From the NCBI RefSeq assembly GCF_000299365.1, contig NC_018655.1, forward strand, positions 750,001 to 782,000: a stretch of 32,000 nt of DNA, read 5' to 3'. The DNA comes from Candidatus Nitrosopumilus koreensis AR1. Lineage in GTDB: Archaea > Thermoproteota > Nitrososphaeria > Nitrososphaerales > Nitrosopumilaceae. Position numbers and translations under genes: made by a program. Each line of letters starts with the position of its first letter. Position 1 is the first letter of the stretch. The notes beneath the pieces were generated by a model, which saw nothing but the letters and a program-made list of their open reading frames with translations, was not told the origin of the DNA and did not search any database. Positions 1 to 8,524 of the stretch are shown piece after piece.

Positions 1-347
1 TTGAGGGTATGGGGGGAATAATGACGCCCATTCTCAAAAACTATTACATCACAAATCTGATTAAAGAAATGAGTATTCCAACTGTAATTGTAACTAGAAG
101 TAAAATTGGAACTGTAAACCACACTGTAATGACAACAGAGATGTGTAAAAAATATAAAATTCCAATCAAAGGAATAATAATTAATGATTTTGATACTGGC
201 TATCCTGTTAAAGAGTTGACAAGAGACTTGCAAAATCTTACAGGAGTTAAAGTATTAGGTTCGATTCCTTTCATTAAAGACATGGGCGATAGTTCACTGA
301 ATAATATTTTCAAAAAGAATATTGATTTGAAATCATTAGTAAAATGA
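1..347 (+). CDS. bioD: Dethiobiotin synthetase, C-terminal part (5' end outside the window)
   Basis: The reading frame is open to the window edge and reads EGMGGIMTPI..., resembling the BioD VEGAGG.. motif, followed by VIVTRSKIGTVNHTVMT and GIIINDF. The annotated ATG at 9 is internal. Confidence 0.8.
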   Translation, partial: EGMGGIMTPILKNYYITNLIKEMSIPTVIVTRSKIGTVNHTVMTTEMCKKYKIPIKGIIINDFDTGYPVKELTRDLQNLTGVKVLGSIPFIKDMGDSSLNNIFKKNIDLKSLVK

Positions 348-749
348 TTATGAATAATATTCTTTGAATCCCTTATCTGTGGAATACAGTTCAATTTTTG
401 GGCCAAACATTCCTTGTTTTTCTATTACTTTGATGAGACCTTTATTCTCTAATTCTTGCAAAATCAAATCAAGTTCTTTGTTTTCCATTTTTACTGATCT
501 TTGAATTTTCTCAAATGTGTTTGCCCCTTGATGCATTATCCCTAAAACTTGCATATCTTTTGTTTGTGGCTTTAGTGGTTCTTGTTTAGTGTTGAATTCT
601 GTTTTTTGTGTCTCTTGATAAGGCATATCTTGTGTTCTGTAATTGTCATTGCTTTGACTTCTTTTTCGAATCAGTCTTGGAATTATTCTTGATAGTGGAA
701 TTGCTAAGAAAATAAGTAGATAAATCCAAGAAAAATTTGGGTCTGCCAT
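348..749 (-). CDS. Membrane-anchored winged-helix-like protein, hypothetical
   Basis: 133 aa ORF with an N-terminal hydrophobic segment (FSWIYLLIFLAIPL). The C-terminal NTFEKIQRSVKMENKELDLILQELENKGLIKVIEK resembles a wHTH. Confidence 0.6.
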   Translation of the reverse strand: MADPNFSWIYLLIFLAIPLSRIIPRLIRKRSQSNDNYRTQDMPYQETQKTEFNTKQEPLKPQTKDMQVLGIMHQGANTFEKIQRSVKMENKELDLILQELENKGLIKVIEKQGMFGPKIELYSTDKGFKEYYS

Positions 750-841
750 AAATTATCTGAGTGTTCTTGAGATAAATTTGTTCATTTTATGACAATGTTG
801 ATGTCTGACACTACCGATGGTATAATAGTAGTAATCGCATA

Positions 842-1714
842 GTGGAATGGATGTCCAAGTATCAATCACCAAAAATGTCAGTTAACATTAATGCTGCCAA
901 AGGTGTTGTGATTGGAATTATTATTTTGATCATCATAGGTGTTGTAGCTACAGCATCCGTCAAGATTGTAGAGGCAGGACACAGAGGGGTATTGTTACAC
1001 TGGAATGCAGTTGATTTAACCCAACCTCCGCTTGAAGAAGGTCTGCATTTTGTAGTTCCATTTCAAGACGAAGTAGTCAATATTGAAGTTCGTACGCTGA
1101 AATATGCAAATGATGCAAGAAGTGCATCCAGAGATCTGCAAACCGTAGAAACAACTGTTACAGTAAACTATCATCCTGATAAAGAATCAGTACACACACT
1201 ATACAAAAATCTTGGATTGGATTATGAAGATAGAGTGATTCAACCTGCAATTGAAGAAACTGTGAAACAAGTAACTGCACGATATAATGCTGAAGAGTTA
1301 ATCACAAAAAGACCTCTAGTTAAAGACGATATTGAATCTTCTATTCGTGACAGATTAAATCAATTCAATGTGGTGACAGAAGTTATTTCCATTACTGACT
1401 TTGAATTCTCACCATTATTTGCTCAAGCTATTGAATCAAAAGTAGAAGCAGAGCAAAATGCACTCAAGGCAGAAAATGATTTGAGACGAATTGAGGTGGA
1501 GGCAAGACAACGTGAGGCAAACGCCATTGGTCTTGCCAATGCAAATATTGCAGAAGCCAAAGGTGAGGCCGAAGCTATCGCAATTATTAACAAAGCACTT
1601 TCTGAGAATCCAAACTATCTGGAATGGCTAAAAACACAAGCCTGGGATGGAAAGTTGCCCCTGGTAGTCGGTGAAGGTGGAACTCCATTTATTCAGATAC
1701 CTGTGAATCCCTAG
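842..1714 (+). CDS. Prohibitin / SPFH (band 7) family membrane protein
   Basis: N-terminal TM segment, then VEAGHRGVLLHWNAVDLTQPPLEEGLHFVVPFQDEVVNIEVR and the coiled AEAKGEAEAIAIINKAL region typical of prohibitins. The true start may be the ATG at 851 or further inside. Confidence 0.9.
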   Translation: MEWMSKYQSPKMSVNINAAKGVVIGIIILIIIGVVATASVKIVEAGHRGVLLHWNAVDLTQPPLEEGLHFVVPFQDEVVNIEVRTLKYANDARSASRDLQTVETTVTVNYHPDKESVHTLYKNLGLDYEDRVIQPAIEETVKQVTARYNAEELITKRPLVKDDIESSIRDRLNQFNVVTEVISITDFEFSPLFAQAIESKVEAEQNALKAENDLRRIEVEARQREANAIGLANANIAEAKGEAEAIAIINKALSENPNYLEWLKTQAWDGKLPLVVGEGGTPFIQIPVNP

Positions 1715-1724
1715 TCTTTGAAAA

Positions 1725-2018
1725 TCAATTGTTTTGTTTTTCTCTAAGTATATCAAACATTGCTAGGAACTGATCTGGTTCATTTTGCCTGTAATGTTTT
1801 TCTAAATTCTGAATCTCTTTATGTGATTTTTTTTCATTTTTTTGTTCATAATACTCTTTGATGATTTGTGATGGTGTTTTTGTTATGTTGTATTTTTGTA
1901 GTGTTTGGTTTACTGATCTTTTACAAAGATAATCATACAGAGCATATTTGTACACTATATACCCTGTTAACCCTACTATTGCAACAATAATTATCGGTAT
2001 TATTATCACTGATGCCAT
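1725..2018 (-). CDS. Small single-TM hypothetical protein
   Basis: 97 aa ORF with a strong N-terminal TM segment (IIIPIIIVAIVGLTGYIVY), converging on the prohibitin gene. Confidence 0.55.
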   Translation of the reverse strand: MASVIIIPIIIVAIVGLTGYIVYKYALYDYLCKRSVNQTLQKYNITKTPSQIIKEYYEQKNEKKSHKEIQNLEKHYRQNEPDQFLAMFDILREKQNN

Positions 2019-2058
2019 GACTTTAGTATGTTATTTTGATATTTATTCTCTTTTTATT

Positions 2059-2607
2059 TTATATTCGTAAAATTTTGAATTTATTTGCATTGCCGACATT
2101 ACTAAATTGTGCAATCTCAAAAATAATATTTGTAAAAGATGAGTTGTCTTTAGATAGGACAAATGTTTTCTTGTCAGTCTTTATATTTTCAGATAAAACT
2201 ACCCATATATTCTCTTTAATTGGCTGAATTTTTTCTAACTGGGAAATTTTTTCTTCTATAGTTTTTTTATCTGAAGATTTTGGAATACAAATCACCAAAG
2301 TCATTTTTGGGTCTTTCTCTAATGTTTTGATGTCTGGAATTACGATGTCTAATTCCATTCCTTGATACTCGATCTTTCTTTGGCTGTTCAGGAGTGCATT
2401 AGTTAACAGATAATGAAGTATTCCTGTGGCAAATATCCCTACTGATATGTCTTTTTCATCCATTGAGATTATTTCATCATAACAATTCTGAATTATCTCG
2501 TCAATAACAACATCAAATTTTTTCTGTGAAATTAAATCTGGAATTGATTTTGACTTTTTGATATAGTCAAATAAGTAATCCTTTATTGGATTTTCCTCTT
2601 CTTCCAT
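2059..2607 (-). CDS. Hypothetical protein, probably co-transcribed with HMG-CoA synthase
   Basis: 182 aa acidic ORF whose start abuts the stop of the upstream HMG-CoA synthase ORF. Confidence 0.6.
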   Translation of the reverse strand: MEEEENPIKDYLFDYIKKSKSIPDLISQKKFDVVIDEIIQNCYDEIISMDEKDISVGIFATGILHYLLTNALLNSQRKIEYQGMELDIVIPDIKTLEKDPKMTLVICIPKSSDKKTIEEKISQLEKIQPIKENIWVVLSENIKTDKKTFVLSKDNSSFTNIIFEIAQFSNVGNANKFKILRI

Positions 2608-4001
2608 TATTCGTTATAGATGTAGCGTCTTTCGCCTCTAGACTCTATTTCAGTATTCACATTTACTAAAACAAATTCTTTCTTTGAATGAAGCATAGAT
2701 TCTTCCGGTGATAATTTGTTTTCATGTAGTTCTTCGTATTCTTCCCAAGTGAGTCTTCTTCTTTCACCAATCTCTGCTTCTAAATTCATATTTTTCACAA
2801 TCTCTTCAAACTCTGGCTGAATCACACCGCTAAACACCATCGCACTACTTCCACTACCATATGATCCGAATCCTACTCTTTTTCCTTCCAGTTGAATTCC
2901 TTTTTGATATTCAAATTCAAGACTACTTCTGAATCCCAAGTATAATGATGCAGTATACAAATTACCAATCATACTTGATGCAATAAGCGAACTTGCGAGT
3001 TTTGATTCATAGACTTCTTGATATTCAGGAGTTTTTGTAAATAGTTTGGTAAACTCGTGGTCTTTGGCCATAAATTCTTCGTCTCCTAAAACTGATTCAA
3101 TTGTTCCGCGAGGATCTTTTGGAACTGGTTCTTCTATTCCAATTTGTTGTAGTATATTTTTCCATCGTGGGAGCTGACGCCATTCATGTCTTACTAAATA
3201 TGCTAATGCCTTTTTACCCATGTTACTATATGGTAAGTGCATGTTGATGTAATCCATATGATCTAGTATTGTTTCTCCAGGCTCTATGTTGATTAATCCT
3301 GAAGATACCACTTTTTTCTTGTATGCTTCAAGTGCTTTTCTTACTTGAATCATGTACAACATGTTAGAGTATTGACCATGAACAATTGGTGTTTCTTTGC
3401 CAAATGGTCTGTAAAAATCATATTCGTCTTTAATTGATGTAGATGTTACTTTTGGGTCAAATGCCAACAATCTTGGCTTGTCATTGAGAAGCATTACTAC
3501 TGCACCTGCACCTTGAGTCATCTCGCCACTAGAACCCATATCATATTTAGCTATATCTGAAACTACCACAAGAGCATGTTTTCCTTCAGCTTCTCCTGCT
3601 CTAATCCAGTTTGTATTGTCATATAGTGCATAAGAACCACTAACACATGCAAATTTGGTCTCTACACCGCCACAATGTTCGAATGCACCTTGGCCATAAA
3701 CCTGCTCTAACATTCCAATAACAAAAGAGTTCATTGCCTTTGATTCATCAAAAGATGATTCTGTTGAAACATATAATCGACCTATATCTTCTGGAGATAG
3801 TTTGTTTTTTTGCATAATTTTCAAACATGCATTTGCTGCCAAAATTGCTGGATCTTGATTAGCATCAACTATTGCCATTTGAGATACTCCTAGACCTTTT
3901 TGCAATTTTACTGGGTCTAACCCTCTAGCTTTTGCAAAATCTGCTGCATCTATGTATAATCTTGGGATGTATATTGAAATGTCGTCAATTCCAGCTGCCA
4001 T
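2607..4001 (-). CDS. Hydroxymethylglutaryl-CoA synthase
   Basis: 464 aa. DDISIYIPRLYIDAADFA, FACVSGSYALYD and HLPYSNMGKKALAYLVRHEW are consistent with HMG-CoA synthase of the mevalonate pathway. Confidence 0.85.
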   Translation of the reverse strand: MAAGIDDISIYIPRLYIDAADFAKARGLDPVKLQKGLGVSQMAIVDANQDPAILAANACLKIMQKNKLSPEDIGRLYVSTESSFDESKAMNSFVIGMLEQVYGQGAFEHCGGVETKFACVSGSYALYDNTNWIRAGEAEGKHALVVVSDIAKYDMGSSGEMTQGAGAVVMLLNDKPRLLAFDPKVTSTSIKDEYDFYRPFGKETPIVHGQYSNMLYMIQVRKALEAYKKKVVSSGLINIEPGETILDHMDYINMHLPYSNMGKKALAYLVRHEWRQLPRWKNILQQIGIEEPVPKDPRGTIESVLGDEEFMAKDHEFTKLFTKTPEYQEVYESKLASSLIASSMIGNLYTASLYLGFRSSLEFEYQKGIQLEGKRVGFGSYGSGSSAMVFSGVIQPEFEEIVKNMNLEAEIGERRRLTWEEYEELHENKLSPEESMLHSKKEFVLVNVNTEIESRGERRYIYNE

Positions 4002-4114
4002 AAGCTTTGGCTCCGATATTTCATTAATAAGGTTATTGTGTGAATTCTATCTCACTAAGAATGGATTTTTAGTAATTTTCTTTAAGTTTGTTAATAAAAT
4101 GATCGCAAATTCTT

Positions 4115-4819
4115 TTATTTTTTTAATTCATTTTCAAAAATATTTTCAAATGTTGAATAAGGTTGTGCTCCAAACAATCGTGTAATTTCTCCGTCTGGTC
4201 CTATCACAAAAAATGCAGGTGTTCCTGTTAGATCAAGTGATCTAGCATCATCATTACTTGCAACTATGATCTGTGAATGTTCTCCATTAATCATACATTC
4301 AGACCATTCATCTACATCTAATCCAACATCTTGTGCAAATCTGAGCAAATTTTCTGATGCGGCCCATCCGTTGTTTTCCCCAGTCCAATTAGAATACAAA
4401 ATATCATGATATTCCCAAAACAAGCCCTGATCATTTGCACAATGTGCTCCATGTGAAGCATTAATTGAATCCGGACCTATGATGTTGAAATCTTTGAATA
4501 TCATTCTGACTTTTCCTGTTTCCACATAATTCTTCAAAATTTCCTTCTCAGTTGAGTGGAAAAAGACATTACAGAAATGACATTGATAGTCTCCAAACTC
4601 AACCAATGTTATTGGAGCATCTGAATCTCCTAGAATGGGAGAACCATTTTTCAGAAATGTGTCTATTGTTATTTTCAAAGGCCCTTCTGGTTGAATTTGT
4701 GGAGAAGGTTCTATGACTAGTTCTGGCTCATTGGAAATTTCCTCGAATCCTATAAACACAATCACTAAAACAATTGCTGATATTACTGCTCCAATCCCTA
4801 ATGATGGACCATGAATCAA
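4115..4819 (-). CDS. DsbA-like thioredoxin-fold protein, membrane-anchored
   Basis: N-terminal TM segment, PITLVEFGDYQCHFCNVFFHSTEKEIL (CxxC site) and a late TGTPAFFVIGPDG cis-Pro motif. Confidence 0.85.
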   Translation of the reverse strand: MIHGPSLGIGAVISAIVLVIVFIGFEEISNEPELVIEPSPQIQPEGPLKITIDTFLKNGSPILGDSDAPITLVEFGDYQCHFCNVFFHSTEKEILKNYVETGKVRMIFKDFNIIGPDSINASHGAHCANDQGLFWEYHDILYSNWTGENNGWAASENLLRFAQDVGLDVDEWSECMINGEHSQIIVASNDDARSLDLTGTPAFFVIGPDGEITRLFGAQPYSTFENIFENELKK

Positions 4820-4856
4820 TGGCTTTGATATTTTTTTAGCTCATTTAGTCTTTATG

Positions 4857-5570
4857 TTATGATGAACTGTCATTGTCTGGTATGGTGCCCAATGTAAAAA
4901 TCTGTAAAATTTTTGATGATTTTGAATGTTCATCTTCTGCAATAATTGTCACAGTCAAAGTTTCTCTTGGATGTCTTTCAGGAATGAAAAATTCTATTTC
5001 AAAAAGACCTTTTTCATTAGTAACTCCTTCATCTGAATAGAATACATCTTTATTTTCATCTAAAACTGTTACATTGATGTTCTTATTTGTTAGAAAACCA
5101 TAATTTTGATTAAAGTCATTTAGTTTGTTTTTAGTGGGATCATATACTTTGACATCCAGATGTGCTGGTTTTTCTGAGTAAACTCTTTGTGTATATTGAA
5201 CTAAAATTTGCAGATTATTGTTTTTCTTAACTGCTGATTCTTCTGGTAATTCCTCTTTAAATAAAAGTTCTAGAAATTCCCCTCCTATGAAAATTATTCC
5301 TCTGGTTTCAATTTTTTCTTCTATAATTTTAGAATATGTGATATATGGAAATCCTTCTATTGTATGTCCAGACACACGAATAATTTCTCCGTTAAAGAAT
5401 TCTCTTATGGATATATCGTTACTAATAGAAAATTTATTTTCATCTGTAGATATAATGCCTGTTTGAAAAAAATTGATGTCACTTAATGCATCAACTTGAC
5501 CATGTGCAGAACTTGTTACGATCCCTATGGCTAATATCAAAAATATCGGTAATATTGTATGAAAATACAA
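4857..5570 (-). CDS. Secreted hypothetical protein with predicted signal peptide
   Basis: 237 aa. N-terminal MYFHTILPIFLILAIGIVTSSAHGQ signal-like segment and a beta-rich body. Confidence 0.6.
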   Translation of the reverse strand: MYFHTILPIFLILAIGIVTSSAHGQVDALSDINFFQTGIISTDENKFSISNDISIREFFNGEIIRVSGHTIEGFPYITYSKIIEEKIETRGIIFIGGEFLELLFKEELPEESAVKKNNNLQILVQYTQRVYSEKPAHLDVKVYDPTKNKLNDFNQNYGFLTNKNINVTVLDENKDVFYSDEGVTNEKGLFEIEFFIPERHPRETLTVTIIAEDEHSKSSKILQIFTLGTIPDNDSSS

Positions 5571-5634
5571 CTATAATGAATTTTTCAACATTATTTTATA
5601 AACAATTTGTTTTACATATTATAGAGAGGAAAAA

Positions 5635-6591
5635 TTGAGTGAAAAAAATGCTGTGTTGATAGTTGAAGACAGTCCTGCCATAACATTGCTCTTGAAGAAT
5701 TATTTGGGAAAATTAGGGTATTCTGAAATTTACACTTGTGATTCTGGAGGTTCTGCAATTTCGACATTTGAAGGATTGGCTTCTCAAGGAAAACAACCTA
5801 TAGTATTGCTTGACTTTATGCTTCCAGATATGGATGCTCGTTCTGTTCTGACCCAAATGCTTGAAGTAAAACCTGATGTTCGCATAATCTTAGAAACTGC
5901 AACTGAAAAAGACGATGAGGGGATTAAGGAATTAATTAGATTGGGAGTTTATCAATATATTGAAAAACCGATACGTTTTGAAACTCTAAAAAATATTGTT
6001 GAAACAATTGAGAGTGAACAATCTTTTTTTGAAAAAGAATCAAACGAAAATAAACTTGCAGAACAGTCATCTGATGAAATAAAAACAAAAATAAAAAATC
6101 ACATAGATTTTATTTTAAAAACTGCTAATCAGATCAGTTTAGATAGAATAATTGGTCTTCTTGGATTTTCTGACGATTTAGTTACAGAATATATTGCAGA
6201 GTTGGAAAATAAAGGTAAATTAATCAAACTTGATGAAAAAAAAGAAATTGCTTGTAATCAATGTGATTCTGTGAGAACTTCTCAAATATTCTTTTGTCCT
6301 AACTGTAAAAGTTCAAATTTCAAATTAGGCAAACTAATCGAACATTATGATTGTGGTAACGTTACTGAAGAAAATACATACCATGATGATAAATGTCCTA
6401 ATTGTAAAAAAGAACTTAAGGCACTAGGTGTTGATTACAGAGTTATGCAAAATCATTACATTTGTAATAATTGTGATGAATTCTTTCCAGAACTTTCAAC
6501 TGAATACCTGTGTCTAAAATGTGAAAATAAATTCAAGATTACTGATGCTCGCTGGAAATCCAGTATAAATTATAAAATAATCAATACGTAA
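5635..6591 (+). CDS. Response regulator: receiver domain, wHTH-like linker and multi-CxxC zinc-ribbon output region (TackOD1-like)
   Basis: LIVEDSPAITLLLKNYL, VLLDFMLPDMDA (phosphoacceptor Asp) and EKPI give the receiver. C-terminal CNQC, CPNC, CPNCKKELKALGVDY, CNNC and CLKC pairs follow. Starts with TTG. Confidence 0.85.
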   Translation: MSEKNAVLIVEDSPAITLLLKNYLGKLGYSEIYTCDSGGSAISTFEGLASQGKQPIVLLDFMLPDMDARSVLTQMLEVKPDVRIILETATEKDDEGIKELIRLGVYQYIEKPIRFETLKNIVETIESEQSFFEKESNENKLAEQSSDEIKTKIKNHIDFILKTANQISLDRIIGLLGFSDDLVTEYIAELENKGKLIKLDEKKEIACNQCDSVRTSQIFFCPNCKSSNFKLGKLIEHYDCGNVTEENTYHDDKCPNCKKELKALGVDYRVMQNHYICNNCDEFFPELSTEYLCLKCENKFKITDARWKSSINYKIINT

Positions 6592-8524
6592 TAATTCCGT
6601 TTTTAATTAGAAATTCTATTCCTTGTACAAACGTTTCATCATCAATGGAGCCATCTGCCCACCATCCTGCATTATTTTTTATCCAAGTGGGAATAGTTTG
6701 CTCATTTGAGCCTGTTTGAGGTTTTTCTGAAACTGTTATGATTTTCTCTTGGACCAAATATTCTATTCCTTGTACAAACGTTTCATCATCAATGGAGCCA
6801 TCTGCCCACCATCCTGCATTATTTTTTATCCAAGTAGGTACTATTTCTTGTTTAGAATCCAAGTTTATCATTCCAACTGGAACAATTTTGATATCTCTTT
6901 TTTGAATTTCTTCAACTAGTGTTTTTAATTCTGCAATTTGTTCTGTATTTACTTCATTTGCATAGGTTCCATCAATCACCTTTGCAAATTCTTGTGGATG
7001 AGATGTTATTACTGCAAATCCATATGTGTTCAATCCATCAATTGCTTTAGATAATGTGGTTTCATGTGAAATTCCAACAAATACATTTTGTTCTGGATCA
7101 TATTCTCCGGTAGTACTTATTTCTGGAAATCTGTATAATAATTCCCCTTTTAATGGAAATGGGGGTGGATCTCCGTGTAACAAACTAGAACTAATATGTG
7201 TAAATCCATTTTCAATTAAAACCTGTTTTGTATCTTCGTTGAATCTATTTTGTGGTGGAATGAATACTTTTGGTTCAACTCCAACACTTTGTTGAATCTT
7301 TTGAACTGATTGTTTTAGTTTTTCATCTTGTTCTTCTAAAGAAAATTCAGTAAATGGAACATTTCCTATCCCGTGATTAGCTATTTCAAATCCTTTTTTG
7401 TTTTTGTGTTCTTTAACAAATGAACTCATCTTTACATCCTCTCCAAAAGAGTCTCCGATTATGCCAATTGTTAATGGAGTATCAGTTCCAACAAATGTTT
7501 TCATGACTTCGATTTGAACATCATTTAACCAGTAATCTTGAACATCATCAAATCTAAATGCGATGCAATTACAAGATTCTAGTTCTTGAACTTCAACATC
7601 ATTAATTTCTGATATGGGTTGAACTTTGAATATGTTGAAATGATTAATACTGCCAACAATCTGAACAGACGTTTTTGGCCAATTTCCATCATCATTAGGC
7701 GTAATTTCGACCAAATATGTACTAGATTTTAGATTTGAAAAATATGCCTCCCCTCTAGAATTGACCTTGCTTGAAAATGATTCACCAGTAAATTGATTTG
7801 TTATAGTTATGGTATGCGTGGAATCAGATGATGAAATCTTTGTTGTGGCATCTTTGTATACAGTAATTGTAATTAGGTCTTCTACCACTTCAGGAATACT
7901 CGTGACAATCTTTTCATCTCTAGTTAATCCTGGTTGCAGTTTAATGGGTTTTTGTGATTTTAAGAATAATTCTCCAAGATAAATATCTGCAATGTAATAA
8001 TCCTCAGGAGATATTGTTGATTGAATCCAAAAACGTAGTGTTTCTCCCTGACTGTTTGTAATTCCTTGTCTCCATTCTGTATTATCTTTTGATTTTATTA
8101 TTACTCGTGCACCTTCAATTGGAATCTCTCCTCCTTCATAGTAAACATCTATTTTCAATCCTCCTGATAGTGGAATGTTAATCGTAATTTCTTTTGAGTT
8201 ATAATCTAATTGTACATATCCAACTCCTGCATACATTCCATTTGCATAAATTTCAATTTTGTATTTGTGATTTTTTGGTACTAAAATTATGTCGGGATTG
8301 TTTTCTAATTGTTTTTCAAGAAACACTTCTTTGTTTAAATCTTGATAAACTAGTAACTTCATTCCATGAAAATCTGCTCTATCTCCATTTGTGTATTTTA
8401 TTTCAACTTGGATTGTTTGAGATTCTTCAGCGTATACATTATCAAATGCAAATACTATCAATGGAACCATCCCTAACAGTATTAAGATTTTTACATTCAT
8501 TTTACACTCCAACTCTTTTTGCAC
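6581..8524 (-). CDS. Secreted polysaccharide deacetylase-like (NodB-fold) protein with N-terminal Ig/CNA-like region and two C-terminal WIKNNAGWWADG repeats
   Basis: Signal segment MNVKILILLGMVPLIVFAFDNVYAEE, FRFDDVQDYWL, GFEIANHGIGN, FIPPQNRFNEDT, then two copies of IPTWIKNNAGWWADGSIDDETFVQGIE. Likely start is the internal ATG (MNVKIL). Confidence 0.8.
   Translation of the reverse strand: MQKELECKMNVKILILLGMVPLIVFAFDNVYAEESQTIQVEIKYTNGDRADFHGMKLLVYQDLNKEVFLEKQLENNPDIILVPKNHKYKIEIYANGMYAGVGYVQLDYNSKEITINIPLSGGLKIDVYYEGGEIPIEGARVIIKSKDNTEWRQGITNSQGETLRFWIQSTISPEDYYIADIYLGELFLKSQKPIKLQPGLTRDEKIVTSIPEVVEDLITITVYKDATTKISSSDSTHTITITNQFTGESFSSKVNSRGEAYFSNLKSSTYLVEITPNDDGNWPKTSVQIVGSINHFNIFKVQPISEINDVEVQELESCNCIAFRFDDVQDYWLNDVQIEVMKTFVGTDTPLTIGIIGDSFGEDVKMSSFVKEHKNKKGFEIANHGIGNVPFTEFSLEEQDEKLKQSVQKIQQSVGVEPKVFIPPQNRFNEDTKQVLIENGFTHISSSLLHGDPPPFPLKGELLYRFPEISTTGEYDPEQNVFVGISHETTLSKAIDGLNTYGFAVITSHPQEFAKVIDGTYANEVNTEQIAELKTLVEEIQKRDIKIVPVGMINLDSKQEIVPTWIKNNAGWWADGSIDDETFVQGIEYLVQEKIITVSEKPQTGSNEQTIPTWIKNNAGWWADGSIDDETFVQGIEFLIKNGIITY
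6613..6688 (-). repeat. Direct repeat copy 1, 76 bp, encoding WIKNNAGWWADGSIDDETFVQGIE
   Basis: Identical 76-nt string attctattccttgtacaaacg...tttttatccaagt, repeated at 6760-6835. Confidence 0.9.
6760..6835 (-). repeat. Direct repeat copy 2, 76 bp
   Basis: Perfect match to 6613-6688, offset 147 bp. Confidence 0.9.

Noticed and set aside
6613-6835. Possible CRISPR or mobile repeat
   Set aside because: Only two copies, in frame and protein-coding, so it is an internal gene duplication rather than an array or element.
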